The translations under genes were made by a program, and so were the position numbers. Positions 28,101 through 42,622 of a stretch of 64,000 nt of DNA are shown here, one piece after another. The DNA is from Adineta vaga (taxonomy: Eukaryota > Animalia > Rotifera), in NCBI GenBank assembly GCA_021613535.1, contig CP075497.1, positions 5,022,001 through 5,086,000 of the forward strand. Reading direction: 5' to 3'. Positions within the stretch are counted from its first letter, which is position 1. Each line of letters begins with the position of its first letter. The notes under the pieces are model-generated. The model worked only from the letters and a program-made list of their open reading frames with translations. It was not told the origin of the DNA and did no database searches.

Positions 28101-28721
28101 ATCGCTTCATTTATCTTTCTAATTTGAAAATTTCCATTTGAATAGGCCTTTCTGGTTGTCACCACGTCAATTGGCAATTGTACCTATTGTTCCATCATTG
28201 GATACTTATGCACAAGAAGTTCGAAAGAAAATTTGGGATGCTGGTTTTCAAGTTGATTGTGATTTAGGTATGTATTAAAAGCGTCAAGACGATATAGATG
28301 CGCGATGGGTGTGTCGACGTATTTATTGATAAAAAATTTCATCGTGAACTATTATTTAGATTCTGGTACAACATTGAATAAGAAAATTCGTCAAAATCAA
28401 TTAGCTCAATACAATTTTATTGGTGGTAAGAAAATCTTTCATATGCTGTACTGCTTTCACATCTAGTTCTATTGTTCAATTCTAGTTGTTGGTCAACAAG
28501 AACAAACAAATGGTACAATCAATATTCGTACACGTGACAATAAACAACATGGCGAATTTTCGATCGATGAAGTCATCAAACGTTTCCGTGAATTAGCTGA
28601 ATCGCGTACAAATCATGCTGAAGATGAATTTGCTGGCTCATCGGTAGATAGCAATGTTGCTGGAGCAACATCGAAATTAGAAGCTTCAAATCTTTCCGAA
28701 GGTCATGATGAAAAACAATAA
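25168..28721 (+). CDS. TARS: Threonyl-tRNA synthetase, eukaryotic type; upstream exons encode a likely mitochondrial presequence (second ATG at 25511)
   Basis: TGS domain ([18 protein letters not shown]), [95 protein letters not shown]. Confidence 0.97.
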
Positions 28722-28893
28722 TAATACGGAAGAAAATAAGAACCTTTCAGTTTTTTTTTGTTTTATTTTGAATGAAGATCTAACTCCGTGATGGGCTTTT
28801 TGTTTTCTTTTCTTGCCATTCATATTAAGCATTGAATAAACGGGATATTGATATTTCATTCATTTATTAATTAAAAGTAGAAAACCCAAAATG

Positions 28894-29352
28894 TTATTGA
28901 ACATTAAGCTGATGTTTAACTTTATGTTGAGGTGACGTGGTCGTTGTTGTTAAACCTTTTCGTTGATTTTTCATATTTTTTCGTGGTTTATTCACTTTTA
29001 CACCTGTTTTACCTTTATGAAAACTGCCGGGTTTAGCACGTAATGGGATATTTTGTCCTTGTTTTTTCGATTTATGCGTACGACTTGCATTATTAGAAAT
29101 TGGATGTTCTTGGTCGACATGATGTTTCATTGTTCGATTTGATTTTTTTATTTCAGGTGAAACAGAACGTCGTTTCGTGATTTTGATATCATCATGGTGT
29201 TGATGATCGGAATGTTTATGAGAAGATTGTTTGTGTGAGACAGCATTGTTAATAGCAAAATCAAATGCAAGATAAATAGTTAGAACAGTAATAATGAATA
29301 GAACAGAAGCGAGAATTTGCGTAATACGTTTCATAGTTACATATTTCACCAT
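28894..29352 (-). CDS. Orphan 152-aa signal-anchor protein with His/Lys/Arg-rich tail
   Basis: Intronless ORF with hydrophobic segment ILASVLFIITVLTIYLAFDFAI followed by a basic hydrophilic tail; converges on the ThrRS 3' end. Confidence 0.6.
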   Translation of the reverse strand: MVKYVTMKRITQILASVLFIITVLTIYLAFDFAINNAVSHKQSSHKHSDHQHHDDIKITKRRSVSPEIKKSNRTMKHHVDQEHPISNNASRTHKSKKQGQNIPLRAKPGSFHKGKTGVKVNKPRKNMKNQRKGLTTTTTSPQHKVKHQLNVQ

Positions 29353-30739
29353 TAGACAAGAATAATAAGAAAATTTTTTAATATTATTGACAAGAAATTA
29401 TTATCCATGCGAAATAATTCCATGTTGTATACTAGAAAAGAATTAGAAATAAACAATAATGTGAGATAATGTATTCGAACAAAAGATCAAAGATTGACGT
29501 TGTGTTTGTCATTGACCAGTAGAGAAAAAAAGGTTAAGTAAAGTTACTGAAGTTTAATCGCTTATAAAAAAAAAACTTTCTTCCTAATAAATATATTATA
29601 TATATGAAATAGAAATCGAATCGATGGAATATAATTTCTTGTATTTCTCACCGCCTATATAATGATGTTAAAATTATTCTTACATCTTTCTCTTTCTTTC
29701 TTTCTTTCTTTCTTTCTCTTATTCTTTACTTTGATCAATCTTTGCGAAAAGAAATAAGAACCTTTCTGTAACCTTTTCATTTTTCTTTTTTTCATTCCTT
29801 CTTTTCATCAGAATTATATTTGCACAAACAGTCAAAAAGATTTCTTCTTTGGTACACAGAGACACATATACCCATACACTGTTTACCGTTGGTATGCTCT
29901 CGGTTTTGTTTTCAAATGCAAAGCACATGTATAACAGGACATCGCGAGTGCTATTTAATTCAGTATATCTATCAAACTGATCATTCTGTAGCGTTATTGA
30001 ATATGAGATAATTGAAATAAAAATGGAAGACGAAAACGTAGACGTCTCTCTACTTCAATAAATATTCTATCATTGAAACAACTAACTGATGACAAATAGA
30101 CACACCGATCAAAGGTATCCAACCATTTAAAAGAATAGGTGAAAACCATTGTAGAGGCACATAGTATCAAATGGAGATGAACCGATGCATTTACCATCCA
30201 TATAAATAAAACGTCGTCGTAATTGAAGATAATAATGTTTTGAAATATATAATATCTTCTTATTAACTATATTTCTATTATACAGTTATTAAATTTGTTG
30301 ATTCTGATATTAGTTTGAAATTTCTAAATTTTTCATTAGTTAATTTATTTTATTTGGTGAAACCATTGTTTTATCGGTATAAAATATCCTAACAAGTCTA
30401 AGCAATGCATGTGTACTATAACATATACTTGTTTTTTTCTTTGTACAACACATACAATAGATTACATGAAATTTTTAATGAATACGTGTTAAAATCAAAC
30501 AAAAGTAATATCACACATACGAGAAAAGCTAATGTGTCGAAACAAACAACATTTTTTACTAAACACATCGAACTGTATATTATCACATATGAGATATCTT
30601 CATCGTACTCATATGCATTTTACACAACTTCAATGGACGATACGTCTAATTTTTTACGATAGACCAAACAACTTACTTCTGATATATATATATAAGAAAC
30701 TTTTTTTACTAATAATTACAACTTTTTTTTATTAAAGAT

Positions 30740-32501
30740 ATGTTTCGTTACATCTTTCTCATACCGTTTCTAATTATTTTGGCAATTCTTCTCTTCCGTG
30801 CATTTGTAATCTTCACACCGGACAAAGCAATATTTGAACCATGCTCATCGACAGTTGATAATCATTCATTGAAGTTTGATCAACAACGTTTGCATACCTT
30901 TCAAACATTACTTCAATTTCAAACCATATCCTATGAAGAAAATCGTCAAAATATCGATGAAATCAAAAAATGTCGAGATTTTATCAAGAAACATTATCAT
31001 GGTTTAACTAAAAACTATCCAAATTTCGTTCAACTTCATAGTATTGCTGAATATTCATTGTTATATTCTATTCAAGGAAAAAATTCCAGTTTAAAACCAT
31101 TTCTTCTATCAGCTCATATGGATGTTGTACCAGCTGGAAATTTAGAACGATGGAAACATCCACCATTTAGTGGATATGCCGATGACGAATTCATTTTTGC
31201 ACGTGGTACATTAGATAACAAGTAAAAGAAAGGTGATTAATTATTTCATTTTACATTCTGTACAATAAACTTTAGGGGAAATCTTTTTACTATGATGGAA
31301 GCTGTTCAGGTAAGATGAAATATATGCATGATATAATGAACGCTGTGCTGGGACTATTTATAAATTTTGATTATATCTTCAACGAGATTATCTGTTTATT
31401 TTTATTTTTAGGAATATTTAAATATATATGGTCAACCATCTCGAACATTTTATGTCGCTTTAACACATGATGAAGAAATTAGTTCAGCAGGTGCTGATGG
31501 TATTGGTCAATATCTATCTGAACAACCTTTTGGTCGTGATGGACAATTCGAATTTGTACTTGATGAAGGAACAGTCATTGTTGAAGAAGCATTTCCAACC
31601 TTGCACAATCCTCTTGCAATTATAGGAGTTGCAGAAAAAGGATTTTTATCTGCAGAATATCGTATTGATCTACCTCCTGGACATTCTAGTATGCCAACAT
31701 TACCAACAGCAATTGGTATCTTAGCTCGTGCAGTGGATAAACTTGAAAGTACACCACAACCATCACGATTTGGTCAAGGACCTGAAATGAGTCTTTTGCT
31801 TGCTGTTACACCTTATCTATCATTTCCTCTACGACTCGTTATGAGCAATATGTGGTTATTTGGACCAGTGATACAATGGGTTCTTACACGTAAACCAGAA
31901 ACAAATGCTTTACAACGTACTACAACAGCAGTTACATTAATATCTGGCGGAGAAAAAGAAAACACTTTACCAACATCAGCTTCAGCAATTGTTAATCGTA
32001 AGAAGGAAAAAAAACAATTAAATAAATCAAATAGATTTCTTTTATTTCAACTTTTCGTCTCTAGATCGTCTTCATACTGCAGATTCATGTCGACGAGTTC
32101 TTGAAACAAATCGTGCAATTATTAATGATGATCGTCTTATTGGTCGAATTAAATCCTGTTCTCAACCGTCACCTATCTCACCATATGGAAAAAATGTTTA
32201 TGCATATCGTGTTCTCGAGCAAACTATCCGTCAGACATTTGAGCAAGATCGTGAGCCAATTATTGTCGTACCTGGTTTAATGTTAGGTGCTACGGACAGT
32301 CGATCATATACAAATCTATCGAAAAATTTATATCGTTATTCTCCATTTGTCTATCGGCATGATGATTTAAATCGTCTTCATGGTGATAATGAACGTATTC
32401 GACATAGAGATATGCAGCGTGGTTTAAATTTTTATTTTCATTTAATTCTAAATAATCAACTTGGACATCTACCTGAACCAAAAGTCAAATCAGAATTTTG
32501 A
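30740..32501 (+). CDS. M20 family metallopeptidase, PM20D1/carboxypeptidase S-like
   Basis: N-terminal membrane anchor, LLSAHMDVVPA, WKHPPFSG, ARGTLDNKG, HDEE, VLDEG, GVAEKG, GHSSMP, GGEKEN, GATDSR, HGDNERI; three introns. Confidence 0.92.
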
Positions 32502-34837
32502 AAAAAAAAACTAAGAAAGAAAACATCATCCTTTTATCTTCTATTTATTTCAATTGATTTTCAAATGTTATAGATTTAGACATTTGTATTGATAAGATTT
32601 TTTTATCAATAAAAAAGGGAACTGTGATACATCTATATACATAAGTATTAAATTGTTAAACTTTTCTATAATTCAAACATTATATAAAAATAACCTTTGT
32701 CACTTCAAGTACATAAATATCATCAAAATTTTCGTATTTCTTCTTTGACTACTTTCTGATTTAATGTTTGTTCGAATTCTTCTTATACATACTTATATAC
32801 ATACATATACGTGCTTCGACACTTCTATATGTCATTTATGTGCACGCGTCATCTCCATACGACAATGGTCAACATTACTATGACAATGAGCAACTCGTCA
32901 TGTACTTTTTTTTTGTTTAGTATGCTGCAATTTCTTCTCTCATACGTACCGCCCTCTATTACATAGAAACGAAATTGAATAGCGTCTTGCGGGCTGATAC
33001 TCATGCATTTGATAGGATTCATTCATATGTTCATATATGAGTACTGTGCAAACAGACAGACACCTCAACACATTCTTATCGATACATATATCCACACACA
33101 CACACACACGGCTCGAACGTTGATCTCAGTATCATCTGGTTCATCACTGACAACAATCAATTCTATGTCTTCTTGTTTTTCTGCTCGAAATACAAAGTCA
33201 ACTGGATAATAATAATCCTTTTCTCAATTCTTTGTTAAACATTATTACATCGGCAAAGTATTTATCTTGGTAAGTCCACATTATTCTATTGATCGAATCT
33301 TGATTCATCTCATTTCTTTCATTTCTCTATTCATTAAAGCTTATTTTATGGTCTATTAAAATAAAAACGCACAAGGACTTTTTTCATTGACACATATTAA
33401 AAAATCCAATCTAACAGTAACATATTTAAATGAAATCAGATTGCTTTTTCTATCTCATTTATCGAACAAGTAAACAATTTATAGAAGAATCTATGAAATC
33501 GACTAGACACGCGATTACATCAATATATTGTAGTATATTTTGATACGTCGATTGTATCGAGAGGAAAACGATTCCTTGTAAACGAGGTCATATTTCTTTC
33601 TGTTAAAGATACTAATTCAATCATTAGTCATTACTCAAGGTTCAACCAGAAATCTATACAAAGAGATAGTAACCTTTGACTGTGATTATGCAAGAACATT
33701 TGTCTTTTTCTTTCTGACTTCGTTGTCGCGTGACATGATCTGCAATGATGATGATGATGATGATGATATGTTTATTTCGTACCGTCTTCCTTTGACCACT
33801 TTTTTCTATTCTTTCTTTCTCTTTTCGTTTTTAATTTGCACTTCTAAAGGAGAGAAAACATTAAACGGCATGTGCATTGATTTTATATATTTGTCTGCCT
33901 AACAGATCGATACATTCACATTTCTTTTTTTCTATCATTCTCTTCTGATCATATATCGTCATGTCTGTTTGTCTTCCATAGATATTTCTTCTACATTTTT
34001 TCTCTCGTAAAACTAAGACAATCAACAGCAACATCATCATGTTTGGAATTACAATAGACAAGGTATTAGCTAGCTTATTTTATTGCTTATGGCTATTGCT
34101 TTTTTTTCTTCAACTGCAAAATTTCAAGTAGTTATTTCATATGAAAAAAGAATAAAGAGAAAAAACCTGGTAGTGAATGAATGACTATTCATATAAATAT
34201 GTATACATAGATGACAAGAATGCTATATGTTACATGACGTAGCGAGTGTAATCGTATAAACAATTGTTCGTGTTGACATAAAAGATTTTCAATGACAAGA
34301 GACTGAATAATGAGAATCGTATGAAGGAAGCACTTTGAAACTCTTTTTTTTGTTTTTCAATACTTTTCTCTCTCTCTGTTATATATATATATATATATAA
34401 AGTTTTCACCTCAGTTGAAAATATTGAAATCATTTGAGTATGTAAATGTTGGAGTTTGAACGAATTGAAATTTGAATTGAAATAGTACGAGTAAGATATA
34501 CTCTTGTTGATGAATGAAAAATGATACACATACTTACATGTTGTCATTCACTCATTTATGTATGTCTAAAGGAAAAAAGTGAAATGAAATTGATCAGGAT
34601 AGACAGAGTATCAATGTTACTCATTCTTATCACCTCTTCTCTAAAGTGAACATACAAAATAGAAGTTGAATGTTTTATTTTGAAAATAAAATTTAAACTT
34701 CATCTACTATGCTTATTATATACGCAAGACCCATTGTAAATTAGTGTAACGACTGTTGCTCTTATTCTTTGTTCGGTTTCTTTTTTTTTCCTTCCTCTTT
34801 TTTCCTCTCTCGTCTACTAATGTGTTCTAGCTCGACG

Positions 34838-37800
34838 ATGGGAACTTGCACATCAACTGCAAGACATCGACAAAAGCTGCAACAACAGCAACAGCCTAAT
34901 CGACCAACATCAAAGAGCTCAATTGTATTTGATACTGATTCTCCTCCACCTTTACCACCATTACCGTCGACAGCATTTCCCAATCAACAACGTCAACAAT
35001 CTCAATCTTTACTCAAAGATTTTGATCTCTTATCACCATCATTAATAAAACCGATTTTTAAGCAAACAGATACAAACAGTTTGATACAATTCTATTCTTC
35101 TTTTACTAATAACAACAGCAACAACAACAACAACAATAATAACAATAACAATAATTGTTCAAACACTATGAACAGAATGTCATCATCATCATCATCATCG
35201 ATTACACATATTCCAGCTCGACTTCCAGTACCGAAAACTCGTCTCCCCATCTATCATGTACCACAAATAACTGCTCCAACATCTGTACGACCGAAAGAAG
35301 TAACACCCATAGCTACTTCAATAAATCCCACAGGTAATCTAAAACTTTAGACTGTTTCATTGTATATTTTTGTTATATATTTTATTCGTATCAATGTATA
35401 TGTTACTAGTATCATTACTATCCTATTAAGATTACAGAAACAAATCTGTATAATGTCTCCTATTTCTTCTATACGTCTCTATTACTTTCTGCTTCGCTCT
35501 TCAAGTGTTGATCAGTTCATACTCTTCAAGAGTAATTGTACAGCAGTTCGACATGAGTATAAACGTTCACATGATCATTGTTTCGCTCCAATTTATATAT
35601 ACATATACATAGAGTTCTTTGAATAGAACAGTTATACACCTATGCCATTTCTATTCGAACTAGGGGTCATTCTTCTTTTCTTTTGTCTATCTAAGGAAAG
35701 AAGGAAAAGAGTCAATGTCGATGTGCAATAAGCTGGCCAACCCCATGGGGTGTTCGTATATGAATCATCGAGAGAAAAAAAAATGAATTCTACTTCTCTT
35801 CTCAACGACAAGCACGATCATTTTTTTTCTATGCTGCTTTTTTTTCTTTGCTGTTCGTTGATTCTGTTTCTCGCCGTGTGCTTTGCTTCCTTATTGAATG
35901 AAGGTGACAAAAAAAGATCCATAGACAAGAAAAAATAACAAAATCGAAAACGAACGAACAAAAATGTTAATGCGTAGTCGATTAAATTCTTTTTCAACTG
36001 ATTTTTTCAACTATTGCTGTTATTATCATTGAGATTTTTTTCATTTTTTCCTAGGCTCCATAAGACCAATGTCGATAACAAATCGTCCACCACCGCCAAC
36101 TGCTATGCAAACTCGATTTGGTTTTATACCACGACCTGCTTCACAACAAATTCGAACATCATCATTTGCATCCCGTAGTCGGTCGATTAGTCCAACATCA
36201 ACGACTAGTGCAAATTCATCGTCAGCATCTTCACATGTTTCTCAACAATTAGCAAAAACTCAACCTATTGTAAAAACAACACCAACTCGAACGATTCCAT
36301 CGTCTTCCGCAGCAAATGATACTTCTAAACCAAAAGTATTAGTATCTTCACGACTTCGAGATCCATCAGCATCGAAATCAACTGTTAAAACACCTCTTCA
36401 AACTCCTACCTCAGCCAATCGAATTCGTTCAAGAACTCCATCACGAACGTCTAATCCATCTCCAACATCATCTGCTGCTTCTACACTTCCTTCTTCCTCC
36501 ATTCCAGCATCTTCCCATACAGCATCAGCGTCGCATCAGCACCAGCAACTACCAAAAGTGATGTTAATGTAATACGTGATCGTTATAAAACACAACAACG
36601 TATGAATTTCTTTGCCCGTCGTACACCAATCTCAACAGCCAATGGTTCACCCGTTGCTAGCTCAATAAAAGTAACTGAACCATTGATAACTACGAAAGAG
36701 AAAAAACTATCATCAACTGTATCAAAATTGAATCCACCAAATAATTCTGTAAAATTGCCGAAGACAAACTTTTGTTTTTATTTGAAATAATTCGATCTTT
36801 CTTCGTTTTCTAGAACGGTACTTCCAAATCAACTACACCTCCACAGGTATCTTCATCTCAGGGTGATTCAATCTATGCCAAAGTATCGTCATCTTCTAAT
36901 CATTCTTCGTCGGCACATCTTTCTCAAAGTAATAAACATCGACAAAGAGCTATAAGCATGTTATCTTCATCATCAGCTATATCGAATGTACTCAATCAAG
37001 ATACACTACTTGAAGATGATAACTGCAGTTTGAAATCTGACGATTTAATGTGTGATTATGATGATACGTTGACAATCGATTCGCTTAGTAAAAAGTAAGA
37101 TATTAATATCTTAGCATTTCGATTGATTGTGTCTTAGTTTTATTAAACACGTATTGCTCTCTCTGTACATATTGTTATTCGATCCTTTTTTTTCCTATAG
37201 AATTTGTATTGATTTAACGGGTAGACAAATTTATTTTGCGACGATCTATATCTGTTTATTATAGAATTCCTTCTTTTTCTTTTCATTTAAGTGACCGAAC
37301 AGATTCATGTTCATCAGCTTCATTAACAAATGAACCAAATAAAAAACATTCTCCGACAATATTAACTACTCCAACGAAACCAAATGTTCCGTTAAACCAA
37401 ACAACATCAAAAGAGCATCGATCATCTATAGTAGTCAAAAATTCGCAAGCAACGAATGATAAAATGAATGGTAATTTACGTGATACACTTGATGAATTTA
37501 ATCGATTAAATAATCGAATGGAGAATAAAAATGATCATGAAAATAATCGGTAAGATATTTTCAAAAAAAAAGAATTAATTCGTTTCATAATAAACATTTA
37601 TTCGAAGGCGATTACCAGCACGTTCATTTTCATTGAAACCACCACTAAATTATTTACCTCCACTTGAAGATGCGGAACAAATAACAATGGACGTTGAATC
37701 ATATCGACAAGTTATGAAAGACGTTATGGTTGTTAAAACCGTTCTTCATCAACTTGATCGATTACTTAAACAGTCTGATGGTGCTAATATGACAGTTCGA

Positions 37801-38201
37801 TTGATTTGTTTGAAGTTTGAAAAGAATAAAACATTTTCTTTCATTTCATAGGATTCAATGGTCGGTTCTTTTCATGAATTTCATGATTCAGTATGCACTT
37901 CTCGACGTTATTCATCAAGTACTGAGGGAACTATTCGTGGTTCAATCGATGAAAATTCATCGTACGATGATCTATTAAAAGTATGACGAGATATATTTGA
38001 TTGTTTTTTTATTTATAAATATGTAATATGATTCTAGGAAATCATAGCATTACGTAAAGAAAAAGAACAAGATAAACAAACAATTAAATTATTACAAGAA
38101 CAAATGGTTTGTTCATAAATTTTTTATTTTCAATCAAACTTCATCGTTTTTTTTTCTTCTTCTATGTTTAGTATAAATATTCCAGTCATACAAATAGTTG
38201 A
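34838..38201 (+). CDS. Serine-rich coiled-coil protein (CCSER/FAM190-like); 1-bp deletion near 36532
   Basis: MGTC start, long Ser/Thr/Pro-rich exons, SLKSDDLMCDY motif and C-terminal MDVESYRQVMKDVMVVKTVLHQLDRLLKQ plus coiled coil EIIALRKEKEQDKQTIKLLQEQ, resembling the CCSER C-terminus. Family recognised from memory. Confidence 0.65.
35108..35155 (+). repeat. (AAC/AAT)n coding repeat (poly-Asn)
   Basis: aacaacagcaacaacaacaacaacaataataacaataacaataat within the first coding exon of the CCSER-like gene. Confidence 0.8.
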
Positions 38202-39164
38202 TCAATGAATATTTCATATCAAAATATTCTAATCGTCGTTGCATTCGAACTCGTGAATCTTCTTTTGACTCTTTATCAACTTTCTTTTTGTTGTCATTTA
38301 TTTTTATTTTCTAATAATGATTTACTTTCTAGTGAATAATGTTTATTACTATCTCGTTTGAAATTCTCTAGTAAATTTCTTTTGGATTTTTTTTCCATAA
38401 AAAAATATTCATTAAGTTACTTTGTTTATTCAATATGATCATTTCTTTTGATAAACTATTTGTACTCTAGTTTCAAGCGAGCAATTAATATACACAAGTA
38501 TGGCTCATTAAATCCTAGTTAATGTTGATTGTTTGTGAATAGAAGATACGTCAAGCAGAACATTTGTTCTTTTTCATGATAATGACTGCAATACCATATG
38601 GTAATGAATACAGTAGACAGCATCAATGATTAGAGTGTTTATGAAGTGGAACTAAACGAAGAGATATTCACTGTTCTTTTATTTATCGACATTGAATTAT
38701 AAAATAAATCATGAAATGATTCTAATTATAATGATCTTTAGTCAACAAATAATTCCGAAAAATTCATTGAATGTTAATTTCTTTTTGATGAACAATTTCA
38801 ATCTTTTGTGTTCGTCCGTCAACATCCATCATTTCTATTTTCTATAAAACAACGATTTTTCTGCATGAGCAACATCACCATCTCATTAAATGTTAATAAG
38901 TATTTCTAATCGATCACTGACTATTTTCTCAAAACGATTTCTGTGACAGGTAAGTTTTCTTTTAGTTATGCACATTCCCGCTTCTTGAAGTTTTTCTTCT
39001 CTATCACACAAGGAAACGGCACTCGTTCCAATTACGGGCAAATAAGATTTTCTTCCTCTCTCTCTCTCTCTCTTCCGTCAACATCGATGAAAAAAAGCCG
39101 TTCGATTGAATATTTCAATTCAATCATAATCATCGACAGTCATTTATTTCTCTAACAATCTTCT

Positions 39165-42100
39165 ATGGGGAACACGACATCGGAAGTCGCTTCTGGCGTT
39201 AAAGCTCAAATTGATTCAGGTGGACAAAGACCTGAACTTTATCGTTTTGTTGATATGACAGTAAATATCTTCTCGAATTATTCGAAAATTTTAATATAAT
39301 CTCATAATTTAGGGTGGTGGTGAGTTCGTTGAAGTCATGCGTGTTGCTAATCGAACGAAAGATTATACACAAATTGATGCTCTCATACGACAGCAGATAC
39401 CAAAATTTTTGTACAATGATGGTGAAGGAAAATTGATAACAGTTAGTGAAATTGTTCGAAGACGTAATAATACATATAGTAAAGTGAAAAGTATTGTTTC
39501 GGCAGCAAAACCAGAAGAAGAACAAATGAATGGTGATTATAAGCAGGAAATATGTTCATCTTTCGAATATGTTGTATTTTTAGGAGAAGAAACCAAATGC
39601 GTTTGTTGGGATTTAGATCAACGAGGTGGTGTAGGTGAACAAATCCTACATGTTTGTTTTTTATCATCAAGTCCTGTTCATACAGCTCTAGCAAAACGTT
39701 TATTAAGACATTATCCAAAAATGATTTATGATTTGTATATGGGTGATGAATATTATGGTTTGTAGCTTTGATCGATGAAATTTAGATTTTTGTCTTCTTC
39801 TTCTTCAACTTCAAGGTGAAAATGTTCTTCATATTGCAATTGTCAATGAAGAACCAGCTACAGTAAAATTTTTACTTGACGCAGGTGTCGATTTTACACA
39901 ACGTTGTTGTGGAAAATTTTTCTCACCTGAAGATCAAAAATCCAGTCGGTAAGTAATGATAAACGAAAAATAATATTTCATAGTTGAAAAATACTGTAAA
40001 GAGTGGATAATGTTACGAAAGAATGTCCAGATGTGAGTGTTGCAACAGATTATGAAGGTTATTGTTATTTTGGTGAATATCCACTTTCATTTGCTGCCGT
40101 TCTTCAACAAGAAGAATCAGTAAGATTATTAATTGCTAAAGGAGCTGATACGAATTGTCAAGATTCAAATGGAAATACTGCTTTACATATGTGTGTCATT
40201 TATAATCGAATTGTATGTTTTGATTGTCTTCTGTTGAATGATTGGATTTGATTTGATATTGAATAGGCGATGGTTGATTTACTCTATGAATTAGGAGCAT
40301 CATTAGATATTAAAAATCGTCAAGATTTAACTCCGTTGACACTTGCTGCTACCAAAGCTCATAAAGATGTAAGAGTATGAATGATTTAATCTAAATCATC
40401 TATGAAATTTCTCGAAGATGTTTGATCATATTTTACAAAAAACGCGAACAGTCTATTGGCAATATGGAAATGTGACATGTGCTGGTTATCCATTAGATGA
40501 TATTGATACGATTGGAAAAGATGGTTCATTGAATGACACGAGTGCACTTAGTATTATTGTTCGTGGAGTAAGTAATTGTTGGGTGTAAAATTGAAATGAT
40601 TTTGTTATGGCAAATATGATGTTTTTCTGTCTATAGGAATCAGCTGGTCATTTAGATATGATGGATGGTTTAATTGTTCAATTGCTCAATGAAAAATGGC
40701 GTACATTTATTAAATTCAAGTAAGATCTTTGATATTTCCAAGAAACTTTTATTTGACATATCAATCGATAGATTCTTTCAACGTATGGGTATATTTGCAT
40801 TTTACTTTTCTGTCTGTTTACTTGCATTAATTGTTCGTGGTTATTATCGTGTCCCATCAGCATGTATTAAATTAGTTCCAGTTGATAAAGATTCAATGAA
40901 ATCCATCATATCGGATCGTTCTGAATGTCGATGTCATTATACAAATTTTCTTTGGAATGGTATACTATTAGATGATGATAATGAGAATAATAATCAAACG
41001 ATTCGAAATACAACAATGCATCCTATTTCAAATAAACGACATTTTGAACCAATAGCATTAGTAAGTTAGTGAAATTTTCAATTGCAAAATAATTGCTTTA
41101 TACTGTAATAGATTTTGAATCTTCTTGATGGAATATCGGTTTTGGGTGCATTTTTGTATCTCGTCGTAACTATTCGTGAATTTTCTTATCAACATTTTAA
41201 ATTAGATTATTTTATCTATGTTAATGATCCAACAAGAGTATTATTTCTTTTTTCTTGTGTATTAACATTAGCCATGTTACCGGCAAGATTTACGTGTGCA
41301 ATTGAAACTGATGATATGATATGTGTCTATGCGATACTTACTCGAGCACCGTATTTTTTCTTTTTTTGCCGGTAAATGATTCTATTTGATTTTTAAAGAT
41401 TTATCGAATAGATCTGATTTTAGTGGTTTTCGTTCGACTGGTCCATTTGTTGTTATGATCTATACAATGATACGTGGTGATCTTTTACGGTTTTGTTTGA
41501 TATTTTTTGTTTTCATGGCAGGATTCTCTCAAGCATTGCACGTTCTTTTTGTTCGCATTGCATGTAAAAATGATTTTCAAACAGTTATTAAAACATTTTT
41601 TCGAATGTTCTGTGTTACATTACAACAAATTGCTGATGCATATAGAAATTTTTATCTACATCCAAATACAGGTATTCAAGTAATTGGAAAAGTAATATAT
41701 AGAACAAATTTATTCGTCTTATTTCTATTTTCTATTTACATTTAGATTTGTTTTGTTACTTATATTATAACTGCAGCTGTTCTTCTGGTTAACATGCTTA
41801 TCGCTAGTACGTAACAAAGTTCTTGTGTGATAATTATTCTTAAATATGAATTTAGTGATGGGTAACACGTATGCAATGGTAAATGAACGAAAAAAAGAAT
41901 GGCTTCGACAATGGGCAAAAATTATGTTAATTGTAGAACAATCTGTTTCACGAGAGGAACGTTTAGCTCAACAAATAAATTATTCAAAAAAAATGCCTGA
42001 TGGATCACGAGTATTAGTTACACGATTAATTCAAACTGTAAGCATTTCATTGTAGATCTATTATTACCTATTTTATCGACATTTCTTTTCAGTCTGATGA

Positions 42101-42326
42101 ACGTCTTAGTATTGAAAATATGGGTGGTGATTATTATAATCAACTTCGACGACATTTAGAACCTGAAAATATCTCATTACAATCGAAAACTAAATCAATT
42201 GCTGCTAATTCTCAACATAGTACATCGGTACGAGAGAATGGATCAACAAAACATAAACAAGATCTCTTACGTAATCAACGTGCGCGAGATAGTTTTAGTT
42301 CATTTGATATAACTGCACTGATGTAA
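39165..42326 (+). CDS. TRPV channel, Nanchung/OCR type (multi-exon)
   Basis: N-terminus [15 protein letters not shown]...[15 protein letters not shown]...[10 protein letters not shown] is typical of Nanchung/OCR. Ankyrin repeats ([39 protein letters not shown]), [32 protein letters not shown] and TRP box EWLRQWAKI. Confidence 0.93.
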
Positions 42327-42622
42327 TTTCAATCAACATTTGTTCATATTTCCTCCGTATTTTTATCCTTACTGCAATAAAATACTTTTGTTTCGTCTAG
42401 AAAAATACGAATCAGATAGTTAAAAAAACTCGAAGGTGTATCGATCAGTTCTTGATGATTTGCAGATGCATATTTGTGTGCGTCAAAGACTAGCGACATC
42501 TTGTCGATGACCCACAAGGTAGAAAATCTTTGGTTGTCATGAACTTTGAACAGATTTATGGATGCATTTCTTCTTGTTTTTTTTGTTTCGATTAATTTAT
42601 TATTTGTAAAGTGAATTCAAGA

